Assembly: GCA_964106645.2 (NCBI GenBank)
Contig: OZ067039.1
Direction: 5' to 3' (one strand)
Source: Podarcis pityusensis
Taxonomy: Eukaryota
DNA: 64,000 nucleotides
The notes beneath the pieces were generated by a model. The model saw only the letters and a list, made by a program, of their open reading frames with translations, was not told the origin of the DNA and searched no databases. Positions 12,053 through 25,326 of this stretch are shown here, one piece after another; positions within the stretch are counted from its first letter, which is position 1; each line of letters starts with the position of its first letter. Both the position numbers and the translations under genes were made by a program.

Positions 12053-13323
12053 CGTCCCGGTGGCTTCCGGGTACCAACTGGCCCTGCCGGTGGTTTCCGC
12101 TATTTCCGCTTCCGGCCTCCCGGAGCAGCGACCGAGGAAGCTAGAGTGCCCTTACTTTGCGGCCATTCAGAGACAGAAGGTGACGAGGCTCGCTGTAGAA
12201 CTCCTCACAAAGGAGGCTAGAAGGGCCAACGAGGCTGCTCGCCGGAACTTCCGGTCCAATGGCTACAAGGATTCCGCCATAGAGATGCCAGAACGACGAC
12301 GCTCTACAGCCATCTCTTTCTGTGAAGAGAGACTCGCAGTCCATGGCGGCTTTCACTCCTCCGGCTGGAGAAAGCGCCGGAGGCTCTCGCTTTCCGAGCA
12401 GTAGATCGAAAGCGCCGGTCCGCATTCAGGCTAGCCTGACGCCCGCCTCCTCCCGGGATCTTTCCGCTAGAATCTCGCTGCTCCGCGCTGGCACTGAGGT
12501 GGAAAGGGTGGTGGCAGCCGAGCACTTTCCAACCTTAGGCGCGCCGGAGCTGCGCTAGTTCTAGCCAGGTCGTTCTCAGATTTGATATTCATCTCCCCTC
12601 CTGCCGTTTTCCCGAAAGAGGGGACCGAGGTCTTAAGCCCATGAACTGTTGGCTGATACAATCTGAGCATTTTGTCTAACAGTCCTGACGGTCGAGCAAG
12701 AAATTACAGCTAAAGGAGTCAACAGCTGGCATTCATAACTGCTGTGAAGCACCAGTTTTCTGTGATTACTTTTCCCCCAATGGGAAATCAGAAATCGAGG
12801 CAACTGCGCAGTTCTGGTCATTTCTATACAATTGGCAGCTTCAGAAAATGATCTAAGGAAGGCAGAGAAAGTGAGCAATTGACCCTCTCTTATTTGACAG
12901 CTGTCAAATGTTCCTTATTATACCCCATAAGCCGTGCACATCCTTGCTGCTATAGCGGGACACAAGCTTTTCTTTTTTAATTACAGCAGAAATGAAAGCC
13001 CCATGCTGTAAGTCAGCGACTTTGCTGTTACCAGCATGGTCCTTCATATATAAAGCAAGCGCCCCCAGTTCTACCTGCAGGCTTGATCCCTGCATTTTCA
13101 GGTTGGGCTGTTAATGTTTCTTTCTGAAATGCTGGAGAGCTGCTGCCCATCAGTGTACTGTATACAATACTGTATTGAGATAGATGGTCTAATGATCTGA
13201 CTCTATAAAACAGTTTCCTTTGTCCCTTATGCTTATTTCCCCTCTTTTTCACTTACAGTTAAACATAGAAGAATATCACAAGTTAAAAGAAGAGACACAA
13301 AGAGAGACAGAGCCATCCATATA

Positions 13324-13558
13324 CAGTGGTACCTCGGTTACATACACTTCAGGTTACATACGCTTCAGGTTACAGACTCCGCTAACCCATAAATATTACC
13401 TCAGGTTAAGAACTTTGCTTCAGGATGAGAACAGAAATCGTGCTCCAGCGGCGCAGCGGCAATGGGAGGCCCCATTAGCTAAAGTGATGCTTCAGGTTAA
13501 GAACAGTTTCAGGTTCGACCTCCGGAACGAATTAAGTACTTAACCCGAGGTACCACTG
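13324..13558. mobile_element. Tc1/mariner-pogo-type MITE, family A
   Basis: CAGTGGTACCTC...GAGGTACCACTG TIRs; TA on the left, CA on the right. Confidence 0.88.
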
Positions 13559-15106
13559 CACTGTAGAAGCTTATGCAGCTAGTTCTGCCCTGTAATTCCA
13601 GATGTCTGACTTAGTCCTGACTTATAGTCCTGTTATGACTATAAACAACGTTGTGACATGAGCAAGCAAAAGCCACACAAAGTCAGTAGCCTATCACAGG
13701 CACATGGATTACTTATCAGAATAAACACATTAAAATAAGTCTTAGTCTGTTTGGTTTATTTTTCAAAATTGAGTGGCGGGGGGGGGGTGCGGAATAGGTC
13801 TGGAAAATTGTTGATGGGGAAGTGGGGGGCTAATAAGGACTGCTGCCTTCAGACAGAAAGTGTGTACCTCCCAGCAGCACTGGCCTAAACCAGAATACAT
13901 GGAATTCTGGTGTGATAGCACAGGTATTATGCATTACATTGTTAATTATGATTTGTTTCTCATGCTAATTTACAAAAACAAATTCATTATGTCTCTTTTA
14001 CAGTACTTTAAATAACTATCATGTGACATATTGACATATACTGTTTATGTTTTATGTTGTAAACAACCCTTTGGTCTTTCACAAAGGGTGGTAGATGAAT
14101 TAATCATCACCATCTCAACATCCACTGTGGAGTAAAAACCACCAATAATTTTTAAGTGGTCTGGGAAATAGGAAGTTTATGATGCTCTGATTTTACCCAA
14201 TACAAGAGAACAGAAATGGGCATTTGTCTTGTGCTTTGATCTGTTTCTGAATCACGAATTTGATGTCAACAGCATTTATGGCCCCATCCTTGGCCCATTT
14301 ACATGGAAGTCAGTCACACAGAATTAGATTGACCTCCAGGTGTACATAGGACTGAAGGACCTAAGCATGTCCATACAAAAGCTAGCCACTCTCTTAAGCA
14401 ATTAAATATCATCCTTAATACTAGTCAGACGCTAGCTCCAGTAGTGCAGTACCTTATGTCTGCTTTAGTAAGGAAATGGCTTTGCTGCAATGTCTTTAAA
14501 AAAAAAGTTACAACTGGCTTTTTACAATTGAACAGCATAAAATCAGCAAAGAATTGTTTCTTTTTTATGAAGAGTGGTTTTTTTTTTTAAATAGCAGGGT
14601 AGTGGATGAGGAAAGCAACAGACTTCATGCTTTTAAAACTTTTTCTAAGTAGTGAAATGTTCCAAGTGCTCAGCACAACTGGGGATGCAGTTCTTTTTTT
14701 AAAAAAGGAAAAAAGTATGAAAAAATTATTTGATGTCATGAGGGATGACAACACAATTCCACACAGCAGGCAGAACAGCAACATATATGCTAATTAAAGA
14801 AAGACTTACAAAGGTAGAAAATATCCATCCAGTGCGGGAAGAAGGCATCAGAAGTGCAAACTTGAGGGAAGTTACTTGGATTCCTTGCAACAAATGGGTA
14901 ATAATTGCGCAAGTATTGTGCTAAAATGGATTGTCTGGGAAGTCCCTAAGAGGAAGCAAATTTGTTTTTTTTCTACAGCAGGGAAAAATGGTACATTCAC
15001 TGCATGAAATCAACCAAGCCTCAGTCAATTCAGTCAGCAACAGGAAACAAATCTGCCAGTCTAAATTTAGTGAGTAATATCATAGGAACCAGCCTCTTTA
15101 AAGATG

Positions 15107-15112
15107 TTTATT
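15107..15112 (-). terminator. Candidate distal MAFG polyadenylation signal
   Basis: AATAAA on the minus strand, preceded by a UGUA/AU-rich 3'UTR-like tract (TTAATTTATTTATGTATATA). Would give a 3'UTR of about 5.9 kb. Other AATAAA exist at 20755, 19623 and 15361-15400. Confidence 0.5.
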
Positions 15113-18100
15113 GGTCATATACAAAATAAAGAATGCTTCATATCAACAAACATACACTATATACATAAATAAATTAACAACACCTCCACTGGGGCTGTGG
15201 CAACAAATCCCCAACAGTTATCAGATATCTACAGATTGAAAAAGGACAATAATTTAGCAATAAATACTGATTAATTCATTGGGCTCTCCCATTGTATAGA
15301 AGAGCCCCAGGACTTGACAATATGCTATTACACCCCTGGCACATAGAATTAATCTCCAGTTTTATTAGCTTTGGAGACTGAGATTTATTTATTTATTTAT
15401 TTATCAAAATACTCCTCTTCCCCCCTTTTTAAGAAACATTTTAAAGCAGCAGTGTAGTTCTTATATCAATATGTTGTAAGGACTATCCTCAACATCTGGA
15501 GGTTGGGGAGGAAAAGTCCTTAGCCCGTCTCATTAAGTGCTCTGAATATTCTTATTTGTATTGTTTTTCTCCATAATATTCCATTTTGGCAAAGGGTGTA
15601 ATAAACTCAGAACAAACTGCAGGTGAGGGCAAGAGCAACGACAAGTAGGATTTGTTTTGGAACTCTCTGAAGATAACAACCCCCCTTGCCTTAGCCAGAC
15701 AGTAACATACCTTCATTGGGAAAGAGGAGACTATTCACTTCAACTGCTCAGTGTTCATACAGGTGACAGCCACAAGTGTCCGGAGCTTGTATACATCAGA
15801 TAGCGGGAGAGGAAAACATAAATCCTCATCTCTTGGAAGAACCTGCCTGACGGTCACAGCAAGACTGCCATGAGATACTATCCTGGTCTCTCAACATGGG
15901 GAAGAACCTCTGTTTTAGCAGCCACAGCTACCTGCTACTGCAGGTATCAAAGAAAGCAGCAATGTTATCAAACAGGAAATGACCTTCCTGTGCATTAGCA
16001 TTTTTTCTGACAAAATATAGCTTGAGACATCAGGAAGGTGTGTGTGTGAGAGAGAGAGAAAGGGGGGCTTGTCAATAAGTGCTTGCGTTTTCCAGTGGAA
16101 GGGAAGGCAAGATGCCGCTGGAGCTCAGCTACAATTCTGAGTGCAGCTTCATCAATACACAGGATGCCAATCCTGTTTAAAGGTAACATATGAAGAAAGC
16201 GTAGAATCATAGCCTTGGAAGGAACCTCAAAAGTCATCTAGTCCAACCCCCTGCCAAGGCCAACTTGCAACATCTCTGGAGTGTGCCAAGGGCACAAGAG
16301 ATGCAAAAAGGAACACCTGACACAAGGAATGCATGACTTTTAAGCATGAATGCATGTGATGTGTGTATCCATGTATCTATGCACTCACACACTCACAGCT
16401 ATCCAACCTGAGGGCACATTCCCCATGCGCAAACGCTGAGCAATCCCCACCCATGCCTAAGTGTCAAATGCCCTAGTCCTAGCCTGCAGTCTTGCTTGCT
16501 TTTTCCAAAGCAAAATAATTGTTCCATAATCAAAGAGATCACTTTTACACAATTCACCACGACATAAAACAAGCCCCCCTCCCCCTCCCCGCCACAAGCC
16601 AGCCACATGTGGGCGGAATTATACTTCACGTATTTGCTCTGCAGCTAAGTAGAAAGCAAAGCTCCCCACCTGTTGCATCAAACAAAATGCCCCATAATAA
16701 AAAAGGAGAAATAAACACACAACACCCTTCACAGCAGAAAAACCAAACAAACAAGCACCTCAAAAACAAGAACCATCACACTCCGAATTCTATATACCAG
16801 AAAGAGAAATCAAGGGGAAGGGCTTGAGAGGGGCACCTGGGATGGAAAGAACTCATAAACAGTAGGAGACGGACTGAAACTGGGTGAAGGAAGATGGGAG
16901 GTTTGAAGGGCCCCTTGAGTGTTGGAAGATTCATCACTTTCATTTCAATCCTTCCCACTTTCCAAAGCCAGAACATGCCTGATAACACACCTGCTGTATT
17001 CAAGGTGATGCACCTGCAACTTCTTCCAACAAACCCAGCTGTGGACAGCGTCTCACCTCTTTAAGCCTCGGAAAGGGCACGAGTTGCAACTCTAGAGGAG
17101 AGACTTTCAGTAGGAGCCCTTCTTGCTATCCAAGATCTAGATGGAAACAGTAGACAACCCATTAAGAGGAAGCAGCAATGGAAGCCCGGCCAACTCCAGA
17201 AAGCTGTTAAGAACTGTTCTGGACAATATGTCCATGATAAAAGTCAACAAGGTATGTTGAAAAGAAACTTCTACCCCAGAAAGACAGCCCCACTCAATCA
17301 CTTTCTCATACAAGCTGTGTTTAAATATCAAAGTTACCACCAAAGGTGTCGTCGCCCTGCTTTCCATGGAGCAGTATACAGTACAGAGAAGCACACCAAT
17401 GCCAATGGAGAGGCAGGCGGAGGTCAGACAGCTGACATTCAAGAGTTGTTGCTCATCAAGAGAGCATGGCAGCCCATGGAACTGCCCTTCATGTGACTCT
17501 CAAAAGCCAGCTATGACGTGACCTAAGATTTCACTTCACACACACACCCCACCTCTCGCTTGTCAGTTTGGTGACCAGGAAACCCAAGTTACGTGCTATT
17601 ATGGTTTCTCAGTTTGACAAGTTTGCATAAATATTGCTTCCTCAGATTACAACTGTTTGGTTTTCACAGAATTTGGATTTCTTTGGCAAGGACTAGAAAA
17701 TGGAAGGCAATAAGGGGAAGAAAATATGCACAGCTTGAAGATGGGAGGGAAAGATGTACAGAGAGGTAGAAGGATTAAAAAACAATAAAAGGTAGGACAG
17801 CTCTGGACCCAGCAATCCTACATAATCAATCCTCCAATGGTTTCTAAACCTTTTAAACCAGGAGTGAGAGACATAAATCCCTGGGGCTTTACCAGACCTT
17901 ACAAGCCCACATCTGACCCACAGCAGCCCTAACATACTCCATACAATTCAATCTTTTTCAGGTCGGACACCTAACAGCCTTAGTAGAGGAAAGGTGCTGC
18001 CTTGCCAATAGCAGCCTCTTACCTATTCTTTCTAAATATGCAGGATGGAGTAGCCAATATGATTTTTGGTGGAATCTCCAGCAAAGCTAAGTGTACATCC

Positions 18101-19487
18101 ACACCAGAGCTCTTTTGTTATTTAACCCCACCCTGCTCTTTTTCCATTTGCTCTTCCTTGTTCCTGTACTGCCAACTGCATATTTGCAGTCCACACATTC
18201 AAAGGGCAGCAGAAAAGCACCCCAGGTTGCCATGTCAAAAGAATGGTTGCGATATTTATAAGAACCACTGGTGTAGAGAGCAGCCCTGTCTTTACATTGC
18301 AAACAGCAAGCTTGCAGTTGGAGAGAGATCAAGAAGAGGACTTTCGACAACTAATCCTCATTTAAAGCTTTCTTTCTTTCTTGCACCTAGGAGATGTTCT
18401 AGGCAGTGAAATTCTCACACTGAGTGGGTTATTCGGAAGATGACTCCGGGGAATTAATTTTCAGCAAACTGAGATGGAAAAGACATTTTCAATGGAAATT
18501 GTTGAGTGCTGTCCCTGGGTATCTGCTGGGTAGGAATTTGGCCCTTCAGCTTATACGAATTTGATCTCTTTGCTTCAAAATTGGCCATTAAGTTTTTCTC
18601 TTTAGCCGTAAAGGCCAAATCTAGTAGAATGTCAGTTTGAAAAGCCACCAGATTCTGTACTGCCCAGCCTGAGCTATGCAAGTTTGTCGATCCTGCTGGC
18701 AATATCGTAACAGCTGGAGGGTTCTAGTGTCTGCCAATTATAATGCTATTCTTATGCTGCTTCAGTCAAGATTTCTCAACGTGGTCTTGACTAGGACGCA
18801 CTAGCTGTGCTTGCTCTGAAGAACACTGTTTTCTAGGCAAAGCCCCAAGTTTTAAGTGCACACCTAGAGAGATAGCCTGACAAATATATACTGCCAAATT
18901 CCCAACATGCTCCTCTTGATAATGGGATGACCACCTGCTCCCTGTGAACCAAACACTTCTGGGTAGCAGCACAGAAGACAGGGCAACTATTCTCCTCCTC
19001 TCAGAAAAGAGCAGGCTGCCAGAAGGTTCTCCTTTGGAGAACCTCGTGACCAGGCTTCCAACAACACTTTATGAGTATCCAGAGATTAAATAGTAAAGCT
19101 GGATTTTCCTGGGTCACACTGACAATCACACACTCATGAATCTCTATGGAGTTTCCATTGGCGCTTCCCAAGTAGTCCTCAACATGCCCAAGAGTAGAAA
19201 ACAACAGCCAGGAGGTAAGTTGATGGTAGCATTGACAGCAAAATAATTTTTCCCAAGGAATGAACCTAGATGTATGCAGCCTGTGGCCCAACCCTAGGAA
19301 ATACTGGAGTTAGTTACATTGCCAGCTCTACTAACTGATTCATGTTGCTGCAGCATGGGCAGTGGCCTCCTCTACCCAACCTTTTTTGACATGTTGGGAC
19401 TGCCATTGGAGATCCACAGGAAAGTAAACTCTGTGATGCAAAGTGCCATGGGGGAAGGCAAGAGTGTCTGCCAGTTATAATTTATGG

Positions 19488-19621
19488 CAGGCATAGGCAA
19501 ACGGCCCTCCAGATGTTTTAGGACTACAACTCCCATCATCCCTGACCGCTGGTCCTGTTAGCTAGGGATGATGGGAGTTGTAGTCCCAAAACATCTGGAG
19601 GGCCGAGTTTGCCTATGCCTG
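19488..19621. mobile_element. Fold-back hAT-type MITE in the putative MAFG 3'UTR
   Basis: TIR CAGGCATAGGCAAAC...GTTTGCCTATGCCTG; near-perfect palindrome; imperfect 8-bp TSD ATTTATGG/ATTTATTC. Confidence 0.85.
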
Positions 19622-21039
19622 ATTTATTCAGTTTCAGCAACACCCTAGAAGAGCCAATTTACCTCAGACTTCAGCAGCCGAGGAAGTGAGGCCATCATAC
19701 ACAGACAAACCTTCTAATGAGAGGATCGTCAGAAGGTCATTGGGAAATGCCCAAGAAAGCCCTGCCCTCAGCCCAGGAAAAGCAAAAAAAAAAAGAATGC
19801 TCACAGGACATCCACACAGCAAAGATGGCCATTGGCACCATCACATCACAGCGCCACACAAGACCTCAGAGCACAGACAACTAAACACAACAGGAACACA
19901 AAAGAAGCGGGTGAGGAGTTCAAGAATAAGTCACTTTTGGTACAATTGCAAAAAGATATCAAACAGGACTAGCCTTTTTTGTCTCCCCCCCCCCTACATT
20001 ATTTATAAATAAAAGTCTGATAACTCTTTATAAAAAACAACCTTGGAGCCACAAAGACTTAGCGAGAAACTTTTAAAATTTGCTTTTCTTTTTCTTTTCT
20101 TTTAAATTAGCAAAGTCTCCAGGAATATGACAGTCAAATATTCTCACCCTTCTCAGGTTAAAAAGGAGACTATTAAATCCAAGTTGTTCATCCAGTTTTA
20201 CTTTTGAGACTTAGATCATTTAAGAATTATTTCAAATGAATGTTTCTCTCTTAAATAAAGGGCTATTTAAAACCACATAGACTTGTGTAAACCATCACAC
20301 TAGAGACACTTGATACTCTCCAAACACAGGAAACAACTAGTGATTTTGGTCTTGTTCAGTGCAACACATTAGGCACAAAACCGGCCTGTAGTCACCACGG
20401 TAGAACCTGCCTTTTACCTGACAGGCAGGCTACAACAGTGCCCATTCCTGGCTCCTTTCCCTTCTCAGCAGCACAGACACCAGGAAACTGCAGTTTTGCC
20501 CCTTCCCTCCCCTTTTAGGAAAAGTCCTAAGGAATCCCACCTTTAAACATAAAAGGCGCAACTAGATGTTAATATAAACATGGTTACACAAACTACCCCC
20601 ATTATAGCCACTGATACCAAGCAATTTACAAGCAGCAGACTGGACAGCTGACACACAACCCTGGAAGAATGGTATAAGTCATCACTGACAGCAGGTCTTC
20701 CAACTTTCTATGACCTCTGCCCTCCCCCCTTTGGGCGATTTCTCTCCCCAAGAATTTATTCCATGCTGCTGAGAATCTCTTTGGCTAGAGTACCGAGGTC
20801 CTTCAGTCTCTGTCCCCAGAATACCTCTGGGTGGAAGGTTCTGCTCACACAGAAGGGTTGCATTACCATCAGTCACACCAACCAGAACAAAGCTAAAAAC
20901 AAAGGGACTGCAGTGACAAGCAGGCCAGCGTGTGCCTGTGTGGGCTAGGCCATCTGGGAGAGGGTTGTGCTTTGGGGATTCCGGATGAGCTTTGTGCCTA
21001 ACTGCCCTGCACACACAAGCCCAGGCAGTGCTCGTTTCA

Positions 21040-21613
<574 letters not shown>

Positions 21614-21983
21614 AACACGCAAGCCTTCACAGTCAGATTCTGCAAGAAAAGAGAACGGCCAGAGGTCACCATCAAACTCAAGATCCTGAGCCCTCATTTA
21701 CAGATCCCTACTTATCTGGCTCAGGAACCAGGCAGGGAAGTGGGCAGGGCTCCCTGCTGGAACGAATCCTTATGCGCTCCACACAGCATGAACCAAGCAG
21801 AGAGACTTACAACAGCTCCTTGCCACCTCTGTCCCTACCAGCCCCACAGTTCTCTCTAATACTTGAAAGCAAATGGCGGGGGGGGGGGGATATTAAGAAC
21901 CCTGGGAGGAGCCAGAGCAGGATGAAGCCACATTTAAAAATAGCCTGGCAGCCAGGGTCCTGCACGCCTGTGCCGAGCCAGTC

Positions 21984-21998
21984 ATGCTGACTCAGCAT
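21984..21998. promoter_or_regulatory. Perfect T-MARE/ARE palindrome ATGCTGACTCAGCAT in MAFG intron 1
   Basis: Exact TGCTGACTCAGCA consensus about 350 nt upstream of the first coding exon. Confidence 0.8.
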
Positions 21999-22440
21999 AC
22001 TAACAGCCTTGCTTACAGTACATGCTTCGTAGTATAACCAAGCAGGAGAGTTGTAGCCCAAGAGGCTTGCCAGGGAACCAGCCTGTCTCTCTTTCCATGA
22101 TTGGGCTGAAAGCTACACGAGCTACGATGACACCCCATAAACTAGAGAGTTTGTGTGGGAGCAGTCTTCATAAATACTCCTATGACAGAAGCTCGTGCAT
22201 ATGAATTGACCCAAGCTGTCTCAAGTGTTTCTTTGTCTGGGAAACAGAATAGCAAGACACAGGGGGTGGCGGGCAGGGAAAAGAGGGAATGATAGGGAGC
22301 ATACAGGCTCCTAGAAAACTGCCCCAACCTAGTGCTCTCCAGATATTTGCGACCTAAGGGACTCAACATTTGGGAGCCATTTCTGGGTTGGAGGAAATGC
22401 ACAAGAGTGTGTGTGAGAGAGAGGGGGGGAGGGAGAGGGA

Positions 22441-22445
<5 letters not shown>

Positions 22446-22482
<37 letters not shown>
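22446..22482. repeat. (GA)n microsatellite
   Basis: Read directly from the sequence. Confidence 0.95.
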
Positions 22483-22488
<6 letters not shown>

Positions 22489-25305
22489 AGTTAGTAGATG
22501 GGGTTCAAATAAATAAATAAATAATAATAAGACTACAAATTCTATAAGATACATCCAGCATAGGCAATGTTTAGGAATTATGGGACTGTAGTACAGGGTG
22601 CAAGATTAGGGAAGGCTGGCTTACTGGTTTCATGTCACTATGTTCTAAGCTTCCAGAATGTGTGTCGCTAGAGAAATCTATGCCAAATGCAACTTTAAAA
22701 AAAAAAAGTTTAAAGATTCTCAAGATTCCAGCAATTATGATTTCAGAAATAAGCCTGGGAAGTGTAATCAGGTTTTTATAGTTAAAGCTCAGGAAATCAG
22801 AAGGCAAATTAAAGAACCCACACTTTTACATTTAGTAATTTTACATCCATTGTGTTAGTCTAGCGAGAATAAAATTCAGCGTTGCAATGCCAGAATTCAC
22901 AAGACACATGGGACAGCAAGTACATTTGCAAGCAAATTTTTACTGCCGAGTACATTATTAGAATGTTCTTTTTGAAACCAGCAGACAAAAGTGGATTCAT
23001 AAAAAAGACATCACATACAGACATGCCTTGGTGTAGCTGTCGGTATATGCCAGAACAGTCTACCACATACCACAAACAAAAAAGAAAGCAGAATCCTGTC
23101 GTGCTACTCTTAAGGCTTAATCTGGAACTTTATGCAACACTAGTAATGTTCTCCTGCAGAAGATCTGGGATTGCAGCAAGAGATGAGTCGTGTCTTACAG
23201 GTCACATGCATCCCCAAAATGCACACACACTAGGCATCATAAATACTATACCTTTGGCTACTTGTCTGGAATAGTTCAGAAGCCACGGTTTTTCCCTAAG
23301 CAAGAAGAAAATCTGCTGGTGTGGCCAGGACTGTGTCAGGGACAGAGGAGTCACTATGGGCATCCAGACAGGGATGTTTTTACATCCACCTCCCACCAGG
23401 CACATCATCAGCACTTACATGGCATAATAAATGCCTCTCCCACACAGCCCATGTTCTTGTTTGTTAAATGCATAAAACATCAGTTCACATTTATAGCAGA
23501 GAATTAAGACAAGCTAGTGTCAGCAAAAGCCAAGGAACGGTCCCCCAGCAGCACCCCCAGAAGGGATGGCTTCAGCGCTTTCCAAGATCACTAATAGGCC
23601 AGCAACAACTCTGATATTCCTAGAGCACCGAAAACTGCTGACAAGCAAAGTGCTTATGCCCAAAGGATATGGCTGTGGTCACTGATTAAAGGCTTACTGC
23701 ACACTAACACAGTGGGTCCCAACTGTCTTACTAGAGGGACCTACCAACTTATTTTTGTCTTTAAAACTGACAAGTAGGTTCCAAACAATTACTGATCTCG
23801 AAGGAAAATACACTTAGCTTGCTGCGCTATAACATCCAAAACCTGATTGCAGGCAGTATTGGGACTCGCCATTTGGGAGTCAGCATTCTAAAAATACGTG
23901 GGGGAAAGAGACATTAATTGCTAGTTAAGTTTTTTAATTCAGAGAATAGACTACGAGGAACACAGTATTGCCATCCCCCAAAACACAATTGCAACAGGGC
24001 AAAGGCTTCCCTCTGTCACCACAGTAATGCTTTAAAAAATCATGTTCTTTCAATACTGGTAAAATAAATGCTACAGAATGCACAAGTATGCCTCTCAACA
24101 GTATAACCCTTTGCTTTCATTTTTCTGACTTTGCTCCATTTAAAAACCATGTGCAGTTATAGGTCTCCAGCAGCAGAACTGTAAACGAAAGTCCCCCACT
24201 CACTGAATAGCCACAGTACTAGAACTGATACTCAAAACACAATCTCCTTCTCCAGTTATAGGATTTTCTTTTGAGACATGTGAGAATGGATTAGGCATCA
24301 TTGCAAGCATTCATGTGAGAATGATCTGAACATTTCTAAAGTACAGAAACTGCTTAAGCAAAGACCCATCATAAGTTTGTAAATCCAGCAGAAGTAAGGA
24401 AATAATAAGATTCACCATGCCAAGTATAAGTGATGTTCCACAGATATCCCAGGAAAGAGATACTTAGTGGAAGAGAAAATACGCTTAGTGCCCTGCCCAG
24501 CCAACTCAAAAATGTCTTTCATAGGGCAAGTCCAGGACTCTAATGTCTAGAGATCAATGCTTAGAATGCGAAGTTACTTATTATCATCAGGGAAAAGAAG
24601 AGATGATATAAAGGCTGCCTGGAAATAATCTTTAGTGCTCATAGTTCTCTTTCATTGCACAGGAAATTATTGGGGAAGTCTATGTTGTGAGAAAAAGATG
24701 AGACACAGCAAAAAAAACCTCAGTCACTCTGATGGGTCAAAGTATGAAGATACTTGAACTCATCTTTGTATATGAGACTTAGGCATCTTAGTTTCATCAG
24801 AAGGAGTAATGTGTGCTGCGTCTGTGCCTAGACAAGCACAACCTTCATTACTAGAAAGATTTTAAAAGGCCAAAAGAGGGCAGTCAAGAAGTGGAATCCC
24901 TACCAAACTTAGCGTGTTCTGTACCCAGCATAAATTGGGATGGCACCAGACCCTTCTGCAGTCCTGACTTGCTGGCCACAGAAGGACTTATTAACATCAT
25001 GCAAGGAGGACGGCCGGAGAGAACTGGCATCCAGACAGAGACAAACTTGGTCTAACTCCCCAGACTGCTGATTTCTCAGCTTTTTGACAGCTTCCCGAAG
25101 AACGATCACACTGGAAAGTGCCAAGTGCGACGGCTGCAAAGGGAAAAAGTGCAACCTCGACACATTTTGCCAAGCTCAAAAGGCCTGCACTCAGCACAAG
25201 CACCGCCAATTCTTCGCTCACAACAGAGCTGACAGCAGAGCGCATGATTCAACACAGGCCCCATTCTCAACATTCCTGATTCACAGAGCTGTGCCATCAA
25301 ACTAG

Positions 25306-25326
25306 TGTAAACATGGTGACGTCACC
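25306..25326. promoter_or_regulatory. Forkhead site TGTAAACA next to a full CRE (GGTGACGTCACC)
   Basis: Motif match in MAFG intron 1; function is inferred only. Confidence 0.4.

Larger units (their letters stand above)
11450..12700. promoter_or_regulatory. SIRT7 CpG-island promoter with clustered ETS/GABP sites
   Basis: CTTCCGG at 12064 and 12109, palindromic CCGGAACTTCCGG at 12242-12254, CCAAT at 12256. Confidence 0.8.

Noticed and set aside
11509-12558. Long ORFs (up to 231 aa) over the SIRT7 5' end
   Set aside because: Stop-poor CpG-island and antisense shadow frames of SIRT7 exons 1-2.
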